This document shows, piece after piece, positions 49,180 to 62,728 of a DNA stretch of 64,000 nucleotides (within the stretch, counting starts at the first letter, position 1; the number at the start of each line of letters is the position of its first letter). Origin of the DNA: Ranitomeya imitator (lineage: Eukaryota); assembly GCF_032444005.1 (NCBI RefSeq), contig NC_091283.1, positions 775,620,001-775,684,000 on the forward strand, given 5' to 3'. A program made the translations under genes and the position numbers. The notes under the pieces are model-generated. The model had not been told where the DNA came from. It saw only the letters and a list, made by a program, of their open reading frames with translations, and made no database searches.

Positions 49180-50680
49180 TGGCCCCCACAGCCCTCCCTC
49201 CCACAGTATGATAGCCCCCCACACAGTATGATGTCTCCCCACAGTGCAATGGCTCTACAGTACCCACACACTGTATGATGGCCCCCACAGCCCTCCCTCC
49301 CACAGTATGATAGCCCCCCACACAGTATGATGTCTCCCCACAGTGCAATGGCTCTACAGTACCCACACACTGTATGATGGCTCCCACAGCCCTCCCTCCC
49401 ACAGTATGATAGCCCCCCACACACTATGATGTCTCCCCACAGTACAATGGCTCTACAGTACCCACACACTGTATGATGGTCCCACAGCCCTCCCTCCCAC
49501 AGTATGATAGCCCCCCACACAGTATGATGTCTCCCCACAGTACAATGGCTCTACAGTACCCACACACTGTATGATGGCCCCCACAGCCCTCCCTCCCACA
49601 GTATGATAGCCCCCCACACACTATGATGTCTCCCCACAGTACAATGGCTCTACAGCACCCACACACTGTATGATGGCCCCCACAGCCCTCCCTCCCACAG
49701 TATGATAGCCCCCCCACACAGTATGATGTCTCCCCACAGTGCAATGGCTCTACAGTACCCACACACTGTATGATGGCCCCCACAGCCCTCCCTCCCACAG
49801 TATGATAGCCCCCACACACTATGATGTCTCCCCACAGTACAATGGCTCTACAGTACCCACACACTGTATGATGGTCCCACAGCCCTCCCTCCCACAGTAT
49901 GATAGCCCCCCACACAGTATGATGTCTCCCCACAGTACAATGGCTCTACAGTACCCACACACTGTATGATGGCCCCCACAGCCCTCCCTCCCACAGTATG
50001 ATAGCCCCCCACACAGTATGATGTCTCCCCACAGTGCAATGGCTCTACAGTACCCACACACTGTATGATGGCCCCCACAGCCCTCCCTCCCACAGTATGA
50101 TAGCCCCCCACACACTATGATGTCTCCCCACAGTACAATGGCTCTACAGTACCCACACACTGTATGATGGTCCCACAGCCCTCCCTCCCACAGTATGATA
50201 GCCCCCCACACAGTATGATGTCTCCCCACAGTACAATGGCTCTACAGTACCCACACACTGTATGATGGCCCCACAGCCCTCCCTCCCACAGTATGATAGC
50301 CCCCCACACACTATGATGTCTCCCCACAGTGCAATGGCTCTACAGTACCCACACACTGTATGATGGCCCCCACAGCCCTCCCTCCCACAGTATGATAGCC
50401 CCCCACACAGTATGATGTCTCCCCACAGTGCAATGGCTCTACAGTACCCACACACTGTATGGTGGCCCCCACAGCCCTCCCTCCCACAGTATGATAGCCC
50501 CCCACATAGTATGATGTCTCCCCACAGTACAATGGCTCTACAGTACCCACACACAGTATGATGGTCCCACAGCCCTCCCTCCCACAGTATGATAGCCCCC
50601 CACACACTATGATGTCTCCCCACAGTGCAATGGCTCTACAGTACCCACACACTGTATGATGGTCCCACAGCTCCCACACA
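49180..50680. repeat. About 99-bp composite minisatellite
   Basis: Unit period 99 (49192, 49291, 49390); about 15 copies built from cccacacagtatgat subrepeats. Confidence 0.93.
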
Positions 50681-51238
50681 CAGAATTCATTCTTCTCTGT
50701 CCTTGATAAAGGTCAATTAAGGCCGAAACGTTGCCTGCTGTGTCTTCCTGTTCGTTTTGTAATTGACATGGAATAAATAACACGTTTTTGTTTTTTACCA
50801 AGAATTCGCTGTTTTGCTTCCTCATCTTTCCTGAATTTCTATATTGCTTGTAGACCTGGTGGGAGGCCCTGCCGAATTCAGCACAACTGGTCAATGGTGC
50901 ATATGAATTTAACTGAGTGGGCATCTGCCCATATAGAAGGACCTATAGAGCTTGGAGCATGGCTGACGGGATCACTTGTTAGCTGGGATTGTGAGATAGA
51001 CTGGTTTGTAGGGGACAGTCACAGTTCACTATAATGTGCTCAGTGTTAAGCGCTTGTTGATGAACAGATAAAACACTTGTAGACCAAACTTGGCAATTAT
51101 TGTGTCATTATGTTTACTAAATGTGGGGATTGTGCTACACAGTAGAAAGTGACTTCCTCATACTATTATAATATACTATTACTGTGAGTTCTGCCAGTTT
51201 CCTGATATTAGAGCAAGGTGTTTCTATTGATGTCTTAA

Positions 51239-51518
51239 GGCCCCTTCACATTAAGCGACGCTGCAGCGATACCAACAACGATGTCGATCGCTGCAGCGTC
51301 GCTGTTTGGTCGCTGGAGAGCTGTCACACAGACCGCTCTCCAGCGACCAACGATCCCGAAGTCCCCGGGTAACCAGGGTAAACATCGGGTAACTAAGCGC
51401 AGGGCCGCGCTTAGTAACCCGATGTTTACCCTGGTTACCAGCGTAAAAGTAAAAAAAAAAAAAAACACTACATACTTACCTACCGCTGTCTGTCCCCGGC
51501 GCTGTGCTTCTCTGCACT
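51239..51518. mobile_element. Left half of a Harbinger-type MITE, interrupted by the CR1
   Basis: TAA + ggccccttcaca terminus; internal palindromes; breaks off at ctgcactg where the array leader begins. Confidence 0.65.
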
Positions 51519-51536
51519 GCTTCTCTGAGATCCAGC

Positions 51537-54500
51537 CTTCAGGAGGCTAATTTGCATATTCCAGGTGCCTTCTGGGAGAAGCGAAGTCTCCCTAAGCTAG
51601 AAGATCGTTGGGTACAGCCGGGACCAGCTGCTTCGAAAGCATCACCAAACCAGGGATTCAAGCTTCAGGAGGCTAATTTGCATATTCCAGGTGCCTTCTG
51701 GGAGAAGCGAAGTCTCCCTAAGCTAGAAGATCGTTGGGTACAGCCGGGACCAGCTGCTTCGAAAGCATCACCAAACCAGGGATTCAAGCTTCAGGAGGCT
51801 AATTTGCATATTCCAGGTGCCTTCTGGGAGAAGCGAAGTCTCCCTAAGCTAGAAGATCGTTGGGTACAGCCGGGACCAGCTGCTTCGAAAGCATCACCAA
51901 ACCAGGGATTCAAGCTTCAGGAGGCTAATTTGCATATTCCAGGTGCCTTCTGGGAGAAGCGAAGTCTCCCTAAGCTAGAAGATCGTTGGGTACAGCCGGG
52001 ACCAGCTGCTTCGAAAGCATCACCAAACCAGGGATTCAAGCTTCAGGAGGCTAATTTGCATATTCCAGGTGCCTTCTGGGAGAAGCGAAGTCTCCCTAAG
52101 CTAGAAGATCGTTGGGTACAGCCGGGACCAGCTGCTTCGAAAGCATCACCAAACCAGGGATTCAAGCTTCAGGAGGCTAATTTGCATATTCCAGGTGCCT
52201 TCTGGGAGAAGCGAAGTCTCCCTAAGCTAGAAGATCGTTGGGTACAGCCGGGACCAGCTGCTTCGAAAGCATCACCAAACCAGGGATTCAAGCTTCAGGA
52301 GGCTAATTTGCATATTCCAGGTGCCTTCTGGGAGAAGCGAAGTCTCCCTAAGCTAGAAGATCGTTGGGTACAGCCGGGACCAGCTGCTTCGAAAGCATCA
52401 CCAAACCAGGGATTCAAGCTTCAGGAGGCTAATTTGCATATTCCAGGTGCCTTCTGGGAGAAGCGAAGTCTCCCTAAGCTAGAAGATCGTTGGGTACAGC
52501 CGGGACCAGCTGCTTCGAAAGCATCACCAAACCAGGGATTCAAGCTTCAGGAGGCTAATTTGCATATTCCAGGTGCCTTCTGGGAGAAGCGAAGTCTCCC
52601 TAAGCTAGAAGATCGTTGGGTACAGCCGGGACCAGCTGCTTCGAAAGCATCACCAAACCAGGGATTCAAGCTTCAGGAGGCTAATTTGCATATTCCAGGT
52701 GCCTTCTGGGAGAAGCGAAGTCTCCCTAAGCTAGAAGATCGTTGGGTACAGCCGGGACCAGCTGCTTCGAAAGCATCACCAAACCAGGGATTCAAGCTTC
52801 AGGAGGCTAATTTGCATATTCCAGGTGCCTTCTGGGAGAAGCGAAGTCTCCCTAAGCTAGAAGATCGTTGGGTACAGCCGGGACCAGCTGCTTCGAAAGC
52901 ATCACCAAACCAGGGATTCAAGCTTCAGGAGGCTAATTTGCATATTCCAGGTGCCTTCTGGGAGAAGCGAAGTCTCCCTAAGCTAGAAGATCGTTGGGTA
53001 CAGCCGGGACCAGCTGCTTCGAAAGCATCACCAAACCAGGGATTCAAGCTTCAGGAGGCTAATTTGCATATTCCAGGTGCCTTCTGGGAGAAGCGAAGTC
53101 TCCCTAAGCTAGAAGATCGTTGGGTACAGCCGGGACCAGCTGCTTCGAAAGCATCACCAAACCAGGGATTCAAGCTTCAGGAGGCTAATTTGCATATTCC
53201 AGGTGCCTTCTGGGAGAAGCGAAGTCTCCCTAAGCTAGAAGATCGTTGGGTACAGCCGGGACCAGCTGCTTCGAAAGCATCACCAAACCAGGGATTCAAG
53301 CTTCAGGAGGCTAATTTGCATATTCCAGGTGCCTTCTGGGAGAAGCGAAGTCTCCCTAAGCTAGAAGATCGTTGGGTACAGCCGGGACCAGCTGCTTCGA
53401 AAGCATCACCAAACCAGGGATTCAAGCTTCAGGAGGCTAATTTGCATATTCCAGGTGCCTTCTGGGAGAAGCGAAGTCTCCCTAAGCTAGAAGATCGTTG
53501 GGTACAGCCGGGACCAGCTGCTTCGAAAGCATCACCAAACCAGGGATTCAAGCTTCAGGAGGCTAATTTGCATATTCCAGGTGCCTTCTGGGAGAAGCGA
53601 AGTCTCCCTAAGCTAGAAGATCGTTGGGTACAGCCGGGACCAGCTGCTTCGAAAGCATCACCAAACCAGGGATTCAAGCTTCAGGAGGCTAATTTGCATA
53701 TTCCAGGTGCCTTCTGGGAGAAGCGAAGTCTCCCTAAGCTAGAAGATCGTTGGGTACAGCCGGGACCAGCTGCTTCGAAAGCATCACCAAACCAGGGATT
53801 CAAGCTTCAGGAGGCTAATTTGCATATTCCAGGTGCCTTCTGGGAGAAGCGAAGTCTCCCTAAGCTAGAAGATCGTTGGGTACAGCCGGGACCAGCTGCT
53901 TCGAAAGCATCACCAAACCAGGGATTCAAGCTTCAGGAGGCTAATTTGCATATTCCAGGTGCCTTCTGGGAGAAGCGAAGTCTCCCTAAGCTAGAAGATC
54001 GTTGGGTACAGCCGGGACCAGCTGCTTCGAAAGCATCACCAAACCAGGGATTCAAGCTTCAGGAGGCTAATTTGCATATTCCAGGTGCCTTCTGGGAGAA
54101 GCGAAGTCTCCCTAAGCTAGAAGATCGTTGGGTACAGCCGGGACCAGCTGCTTCGAAAGCATCACCAAACCAGGGATTCAAGCTTCAGGAGGCTAATTTG
54201 CATATTCCAGGTGCCTTCTGGGAGAAGCGAAGTCTCCCTAAGCTAGAAGATCGTTGGGTACAGCCGGGACCAGCTGCTTCGAAAGCATCACCAAACCAGG
54301 GATTCAAGCTTCAGGAGGCTAATTTGCATATTCCAGGTGCCTTCTGGGAGAAGCGAAGTCTCCCTAAGCTAGAAGATCGTTGGGTACAGCCGGGACCAGC
54401 TGCTTCGAAAGCATCACCAAACCAGGGATTCAAGCTTCAGGAGGCTAATTTGCATATTCCAGGTGCCTTCTGGGAGAAGCGAAGTCTCCCTAAGCTAGAA

Positions 54501-57500
54501 GATCGTTGGGTACAGCCGGGACCAGCTGCTTCGAAAGCATCACCAAACCAGGGATTCAAGCTTCAGGAGGCTAATTTGCATATTCCAGGTGCCTTCTGGG
54601 AGAAGCGAAGTCTCCCTAAGCTAGAAGATCGTTGGGTACAGCCGGGACCAGCTGCTTCGAAAGCATCACCAAACCAGGGATTCAAGCTTCAGGAGGCTAA
54701 TTTGCATATTCCAGGTGCCTTCTGGGAGAAGCGAAGTCTCCCTAAGCTAGAAGATCGTTGGGTACAGCCGGGACCAGCTGCTTCGAAAGCATCACCAAAC
54801 CAGGGATTCAAGCTTCAGGAGGCTAATTTGCATATTCCAGGTGCCTTCTGGGAGAAGCGAAGTCTCCCTAAGCTAGAAGATCGTTGGGTACAGCCGGGAC
54901 CAGCTGCTTCGAAAGCATCACCAAACCAGGGATTCAAGCTTCAGGAGGCTAATTTGCATATTCCAGGTGCCTTCTGGGAGAAGCGAAGTCTCCCTAAGCT
55001 AGAAGATCGTTGGGTACAGCCGGGACCAGCTGCTTCGAAAGCATCACCAAACCAGGGATTCAAGCTTCAGGAGGCTAATTTGCATATTCCAGGTGCCTTC
55101 TGGGAGAAGCGAAGTCTCCCTAAGCTAGAAGATCGTTGGGTACAGCCGGGACCAGCTGCTTCGAAAGCATCACCAAACCAGGGATTCAAGCTTCAGGAGG
55201 CTAATTTGCATATTCCAGGTGCCTTCTGGGAGAAGCGAAGTCTCCCTAAGCTAGAAGATCGTTGGGTACAGCCGGGACCAGCTGCTTCGAAAGCATCACC
55301 AAACCAGGGATTCAAGCTTCAGGAGGCTAATTTGCATATTCCAGGTGCCTTCTGGGAGAAGCGAAGTCTCCCTAAGCTAGAAGATCGTTGGGTACAGCCG
55401 GGACCAGCTGCTTCGAAAGCATCACCAAACCAGGGATTCAAGCTTCAGGAGGCTAATTTGCATATTCCAGGTGCCTTCTGGGAGAAGCGAAGTCTCCCTA
55501 AGCTAGAAGATCGTTGGGTACAGCCGGGACCAGCTGCTTCGAAAGCATCACCAAACCAGGGATTCAAGCTTCAGGAGGCTAATTTGCATATTCCAGGTGC
55601 CTTCTGGGAGAAGCGAAGTCTCCCTAAGCTAGAAGATCGTTGGGTACAGCCGGGACCAGCTGCTTCGAAAGCATCACCAAACCAGGGATTCAAGCTTCAG
55701 GAGGCTAATTTGCATATTCCAGGTGCCTTCTGGGAGAAGCGAAGTCTCCCTAAGCTAGAAGATCGTTGGGTACAGCCGGGACCAGCTGCTTCGAAAGCAT
55801 CACCAAACCAGGGATTCAAGCTTCAGGAGGCTAATTTGCATATTCCAGGTGCCTTCTGGGAGAAGCGAAGTCTCCCTAAGCTAGAAGATCGTTGGGTACA
55901 GCCGGGACCAGCTGCTTCGAAAGCATCACCAAACCAGGGATTCAAGCTTCAGGAGGCTAATTTGCATATTCCAGGTGCCTTCTGGGAGAAGCGAAGTCTC
56001 CCTAAGCTAGAAGATCGTTGGGTACAGCCGGGACCAGCTGCTTCGAAAGCATCACCAAACCAGGGATTCAAGCTTCAGGAGGCTAATTTGCATATTCCAG
56101 GTGCCTTCTGGGAGAAGCGAAGTCTCCCTAAGCTAGAAGATCGTTGGGTACAGCCGGGACCAGCTGCTTCGAAAGCATCACCAAACCAGGGATTCAAGCT
56201 TCAGGAGGCTAATTTGCATATTCCAGGTGCCTTCTGGGAGAAGCGAAGTCTCCCTAAGCTAGAAGATCGTTGGGTACAGCCGGGACCAGCTGCTTCGAAA
56301 GCATCACCAAACCAGGGATTCAAGCTTCAGGAGGCTAATTTGCATATTCCAGGTGCCTTCTGGGAGAAGCGAAGTCTCCCTAAGCTAGAAGATCGTTGGG
56401 TACAGCCGGGACCAGCTGCTTCGAAAGCATCACCAAACCAGGGATTCAAGCTTCAGGAGGCTAATTTGCATATTCCAGGTGCCTTCTGGGAGAAGCGAAG
56501 TCTCCCTAAGCTAGAAGATCGTTGGGTACAGCCGGGACCAGCTGCTTCGAAAGCATCACCAAACCAGGGATTCAAGCTTCAGGAGGCTAATTTGCATATT
56601 CCAGGTGCCTTCTGGGAGAAGCGAAGTCTCCCTAAGCTAGAAGATCGTTGGGTACAGCCGGGACCAGCTGCTTCGAAAGCATCACCAAACCAGGGATTCA
56701 AGCTTCAGGAGGCTAATTTGCATATTCCAGGTGCCTTCTGGGAGAAGCGAAGTCTCCCTAAGCTAGAAGATCGTTGGGTACAGCCGGGACCAGCTGCTTC
56801 GAAAGCATCACCAAACCAGGGATTCAAGCTTCAGGAGGCTAATTTGCATATTCCAGGTGCCTTCTGGGAGAAGCGAAGTCTCCCTAAGCTAGAAGATCGT
56901 TGGGTACAGCCGGGACCAGCTGCTTCGAAAGCATCACCAAACCAGGGATTCAAGCTTCAGGAGGCTAATTTGCATATTCCAGGTGCCTTCTGGGAGAAGC
57001 GAAGTCTCCCTAAGCTAGAAGATCGTTGGGTACAGCCGGGACCAGCTGCTTCGAAAGCATCACCAAACCAGGGATTCAAGCTTCAGGAGGCTAATTTGCA
57101 TATTCCAGGTGCCTTCTGGGAGAAGCGAAGTCTCCCTAAGCTAGAAGATCGTTGGGTACAGCCGGGACCAGCTGCTTCGAAAGCATCACCAAACCAGGGA
57201 TTCAAGCTTCAGGAGGCTAATTTGCATATTCCAGGTGCCTTCTGGGAGAAGCGAAGTCTCCCTAAGCTAGAAGATCGTTGGGTACAGCCGGGACCAGCTG
57301 CTTCGAAAGCATCACCAAACCAGGGATTCAAGCTTCAGGAGGCTAATTTGCATATTCCAGGTGCCTTCTGGGAGAAGCGAAGTCTCCCTAAGCTAGAAGA
57401 TCGTTGGGTACAGCCGGGACCAGCTGCTTCGAAAGCATCACCAAACCAGGGATTCAAGCTTCAGGAGGCTAATTTGCATATTCCAGGTGCCTTCTGGGAG

Positions 57501-60500
57501 AAGCGAAGTCTCCCTAAGCTAGAAGATCGTTGGGTACAGCCGGGACCAGCTGCTTCGAAAGCATCACCAAACCAGGGATTCAAGCTTCAGGAGGCTAATT
57601 TGCATATTCCAGGTGCCTTCTGGGAGAAGCGAAGTCTCCCTAAGCTAGAAGATCGTTGGGTACAGCCGGGACCAGCTGCTTCGAAAGCATCACCAAACCA
57701 GGGATTCAAGCTTCAGGAGGCTAATTTGCATATTCCAGGTGCCTTCTGGGAGAAGCGAAGTCTCCCTAAGCTAGAAGATCGTTGGGTACAGCCGGGACCA
57801 GCTGCTTCGAAAGCATCACCAAACCAGGGATTCAAGCTTCAGGAGGCTAATTTGCATATTCCAGGTGCCTTCTGGGAGAAGCGAAGTCTCCCTAAGCTAG
57901 AAGATCGTTGGGTACAGCCGGGACCAGCTGCTTCGAAAGCATCACCAAACCAGGGATTCAAGCTTCAGGAGGCTAATTTGCATATTCCAGGTGCCTTCTG
58001 GGAGAAGCGAAGTCTCCCTAAGCTAGAAGATCGTTGGGTACAGCCGGGACCAGCTGCTTCGAAAGCATCACCAAACCAGGGATTCAAGCTTCAGGAGGCT
58101 AATTTGCATATTCCAGGTGCCTTCTGGGAGAAGCGAAGTCTCCCTAAGCTAGAAGATCGTTGGGTACAGCCGGGACCAGCTGCTTCGAAAGCATCACCAA
58201 ACCAGGGATTCAAGCTTCAGGAGGCTAATTTGCATATTCCAGGTGCCTTCTGGGAGAAGCGAAGTCTCCCTAAGCTAGAAGATCGTTGGGTACAGCCGGG
58301 ACCAGCTGCTTCGAAAGCATCACCAAACCAGGGATTCAAGCTTCAGGAGGCTAATTTGCATATTCCAGGTGCCTTCTGGGAGAAGCGAAGTCTCCCTAAG
58401 CTAGAAGATCGTTGGGTACAGCCGGGACCAGCTGCTTCGAAAGCATCACCAAACCAGGGATTCAAGCTTCAGGAGGCTAATTTGCATATTCCAGGTGCCT
58501 TCTGGGAGAAGCGAAGTCTCCCTAAGCTAGAAGATCGTTGGGTACAGCCGGGACCAGCTGCTTCGAAAGCATCACCAAACCAGGGATTCAAGCTTCAGGA
58601 GGCTAATTTGCATATTCCAGGTGCCTTCTGGGAGAAGCGAAGTCTCCCTAAGCTAGAAGATCGTTGGGTACAGCCGGGACCAGCTGCTTCGAAAGCATCA
58701 CCAAACCAGGGATTCAAGCTTCAGGAGGCTAATTTGCATATTCCAGGTGCCTTCTGGGAGAAGCGAAGTCTCCCTAAGCTAGAAGATCGTTGGGTACAGC
58801 CGGGACCAGCTGCTTCGAAAGCATCACCAAACCAGGGATTCAAGCTTCAGGAGGCTAATTTGCATATTCCAGGTGCCTTCTGGGAGAAGCGAAGTCTCCC
58901 TAAGCTAGAAGATCGTTGGGTACAGCCGGGACCAGCTGCTTCGAAAGCATCACCAAACCAGGGATTCAAGCTTCAGGAGGCTAATTTGCATATTCCAGGT
59001 GCCTTCTGGGAGAAGCGAAGTCTCCCTAAGCTAGAAGATCGTTGGGTACAGCCGGGACCAGCTGCTTCGAAAGCATCACCAAACCAGGGATTCAAGCTTC
59101 AGGAGGCTAATTTGCATATTCCAGGTGCCTTCTGGGAGAAGCGAAGTCTCCCTAAGCTAGAAGATCGTTGGGTACAGCCGGGACCAGCTGCTTCGAAAGC
59201 ATCACCAAACCAGGGATTCAAGCTTCAGGAGGCTAATTTGCATATTCCAGGTGCCTTCTGGGAGAAGCGAAGTCTCCCTAAGCTAGAAGATCGTTGGGTA
59301 CAGCCGGGACCAGCTGCTTCGAAAGCATCACCAAACCAGGGATTCAAGCTTCAGGAGGCTAATTTGCATATTCCAGGTGCCTTCTGGGAGAAGCGAAGTC
59401 TCCCTAAGCTAGAAGATCGTTGGGTACAGCCGGGACCAGCTGCTTCGAAAGCATCACCAAACCAGGGATTCAAGCTTCAGGAGGCTAATTTGCATATTCC
59501 AGGTGCCTTCTGGGAGAAGCGAAGTCTCCCTAAGCTAGAAGATCGTTGGGTACAGCCGGGACCAGCTGCTTCGAAAGCATCACCAAACCAGGGATTCAAG
59601 CTTCAGGAGGCTAATTTGCATATTCCAGGTGCCTTCTGGGAGAAGCGAAGTCTCCCTAAGCTAGAAGATCGTTGGGTACAGCCGGGACCAGCTGCTTCGA
59701 AAGCATCACCAAACCAGGGATTCAAGCTTCAGGAGGCTAATTTGCATATTCCAGGTGCCTTCTGGGAGAAGCGAAGTCTCCCTAAGCTAGAAGATCGTTG
59801 GGTACAGCCGGGACCAGCTGCTTCGAAAGCATCACCAAACCAGGGATTCAAGCTTCAGGAGGCTAATTTGCATATTCCAGGTGCCTTCTGGGAGAAGCGA
59901 AGTCTCCCTAAGCTAGAAGATCGTTGGGTACAGCCGGGACCAGCTGCTTCGAAAGCATCACCAAACCAGGGATTCAAGCTTCAGGAGGCTAATTTGCATA
60001 TTCCAGGTGCCTTCTGGGAGAAGCGAAGTCTCCCTAAGCTAGAAGATCGTTGGGTACAGCCGGGACCAGCTGCTTCGAAAGCATCACCAAACCAGGGATT
60101 CAAGCTTCAGGAGGCTAATTTGCATATTCCAGGTGCCTTCTGGGAGAAGCGAAGTCTCCCTAAGCTAGAAGATCGTTGGGTACAGCCGGGACCAGCTGCT
60201 TCGAAAGCATCACCAAACCAGGGATTCAAGCTTCAGGAGGCTAATTTGCATATTCCAGGTGCCTTCTGGGAGAAGCGAAGTCTCCCTAAGCTAGAAGATC
60301 GTTGGGTACAGCCGGGACCAGCTGCTTCGAAAGCATCACCAAACCAGGGATTCAAGCTTCAGGAGGCTAATTTGCATATTCCAGGTGCCTTCTGGGAGAA
60401 GCGAAGTCTCCCTAAGCTAGAAGATCGTTGGGTACAGCCGGGACCAGCTGCTTCGAAAGCATCACCAAACCAGGGATTCAAGCTTCAGGAGGCTAATTTG

Positions 60501-62613
60501 CATATTCCAGGTGCCTTCTGGGAGAAGCGAAGTCTCCCTAAGCTAGAAGATCGTTGGGTACAGCCGGGACCAGCTGCTTCGAAAGCATCACCAAACCAGG
60601 GATTCAAGCTTCAGGAGGCTAATTTGCATATTCCAGGTGCCTTCTGGGAGAAGCGAAGTCTCCCTAAGCTAGAAGATCGTTGGGTACAGCCGGGACCAGC
60701 TGCTTCGAAAGCATCACCAAACCAGGGATTCAAGCTTCAGGAGGCTAATTTGCATATTCCAGGTGCCTTCTGGGAGAAGCGAAGTCTCCCTAAGCTAGAA
60801 GATCGTTGGGTACAGCCGGGACCAGCTGCTTCGAAAGCATCACCAAACCAGGGATTCAAGCTTCAGGAGGCTAATTTGCATATTCCAGGTGCCTTCTGGG
60901 AGAAGCGAAGTCTCCCTAAGCTAGAAGATCGTTGGGTACAGCCGGGACCAGCTGCTTCGAAAGCATCACCAAACCAGGGATTCAAGCTTCAGGAGGCTAA
61001 TTTGCATATTCCAGGTGCCTTCTGGGAGAAGCGAAGTCTCCCTAAGCTAGAAGATCGTTGGGTACAGCCGGGACCAGCTGCTTCGAAAGCATCACCAAAC
61101 CAGGGATTCAAGCTTCAGGAGGCTAATTTGCATATTCCAGGTGCCTTCTGGGAGAAGCGAAGTCTCCCTAAGCTAGAAGATCGTTGGGTACAGCCGGGAC
61201 CAGCTGCTTCGAAAGCATCACCAAACCAGGGATTCAAGCTTCAGGAGGCTAATTTGCATATTCCAGGTGCCTTCTGGGAGAAGCGAAGTCTCCCTAAGCT
61301 AGAAGATCGTTGGGTACAGCCGGGACCAGCTGCTTCGAAAGCATCACCAAACCAGGGATTCAAGCTTCAGGAGGCTAATTTGCATATTCCAGGTGCCTTC
61401 TGGGAGAAGCGAAGTCTCCCTAAGCTAGAAGATCGTTGGGTACAGCCGGGACCAGCTGCTTCGAAAGCATCACCAAACCAGGGATTCAAGCTTCAGGAGG
61501 CTAATTTGCATATTCCAGGTGCCTTCTGGGAGAAGCGAAGTCTCCCTAAGCTAGAAGATCGTTGGGTACAGCCGGGACCAGCTGCTTCGAAAGCATCACC
61601 AAACCAGGGATTCAAGCTTCAGGAGGCTAATTTGCATATTCCAGGTGCCTTCTGGGAGAAGCGAAGTCTCCCTAAGCTAGAAGATCGTTGGGTACAGCCG
61701 GGACCAGCTGCTTCGAAAGCATCACCAAACCAGGGATTCAAGCTTCAGGAGGCTAATTTGCATATTCCAGGTGCCTTCTGGGAGAAGCGAAGTCTCCCTA
61801 AGCTAGAAGATCGTTGGGTACAGCCGGGACCAGCTGCTTCGAAAGCATCACCAAACCAGGGATTCAAGCTTCAGGAGGCTAATTTGCATATTCCAGGTGC
61901 CTTCTGGGAGAAGCGAAGTCTCCCTAAGCTAGAAGATCGTTGGGTACAGCCGGGACCAGCTGCTTCGAAAGCATCACCAAACCAGGGATTCAAGCTTCAG
62001 GAGGCTAATTTGCATATTCCAGGTGCCTTCTGGGAGAAGCGAAGTCTCCCTAAGCTAGAAGATCGTTGGGTACAGCCGGGACCAGCTGCTTCGAAAGCAT
62101 CACCAAACCAGGGATTCAAGCTTCAGGAGGCTAATTTGCATATTCCAGGTGCCTTCTGGGAGAAGCGAAGTCTCCCTAAGCTAGAAGATCGTTGGGTACA
62201 GCCGGGACCAGCTGCTTCGAAAGCATCACCAAACCAGGGATTCAAGCTTCAGGAGGCTAATTTGCATATTCCAGGTGCCTTCTGGGAGAAGCGAAGTCTC
62301 CCTAAGCTAGAAGATCGTTGGGTACAGCCGGGACCAGCTGCTTCGAAAGCATCACCAAACCAGGGATTCAAGCTTCAGGAGGCTAATTTGCATATTCCAG
62401 GTGCCTTCTGGGAGAAGCGAAGTCTCCCTAAGCTAGAAGATCGTTGGGTACAGCCGGGACCAGCTGCTTCGAAAGCATCACCAAACCAGGGATTCAAGCT
62501 TCAGGAGGCTAATTTGCATATTCCAGGTGCCTTCTGGGAGAAGCGAAGTCTCCCTAAGCTAGAAGATCGTTGGGTACAGCCGGGACCAGCTGCTTCGAAA
62601 GCATCACCAAACC
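51537..62613 (+). repeat. Tandem array of 126-bp monomers (87 full plus one 115-bp copy) at the CR1 5' end
   Basis: Period 126 (e.g. 51661, 51787); no variant units seen; runs directly into the 115-bp unique 5' UTR of the CR1. Confidence 0.97.
51550..51557 (+). promoter_or_regulatory. POU octamer ATTTGCAT (first of ~88 copies, one per monomer)
   Basis: ctaATTTGCATatt is a perfect octamer; function is inferred only. Confidence 0.5.
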
Positions 62614-62728
62614 GCGCGCCTTACGGCGCGCGAATTTTTGCCTGTAGGACATTATTGCAAGAAAGCTTGGCTGAGTAGATTACACAAGAAGGAAAACACA
62701 CAGCAAGTCAGCAGGATCTAGGAGCAAC

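Noticed and set aside
49056-50924. Cys/Gly-rich keratin-associated-like ORFs
   Set aside because: Arise from the 99-bp minisatellite and are open in multiple overlapping frames.
51537-62613. CRISPR-like array or self-cleaving ribozyme in the 126-bp monomer
   Set aside because: There are no unique spacers and the context is eukaryotic. No CUGANGA/GAAA hammerhead core on either strand. A possible 7-bp helix (ggaggct/agtctcc) lacks the GG and P3 needed for an HDV-like fold. Short hairpins are present, so a covariance search is still worthwhile.
51504-62678. 3724-aa ORF as a real giant repeat protein
   Set aside because: It is only the 42-codon monomer translated. It starts at GTG with no Met in the repeat frame and is out of frame with ORF1. 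A 42-codon frame is stop-free about 13% of the time by chance, so one open frame out of six is unremarkable.
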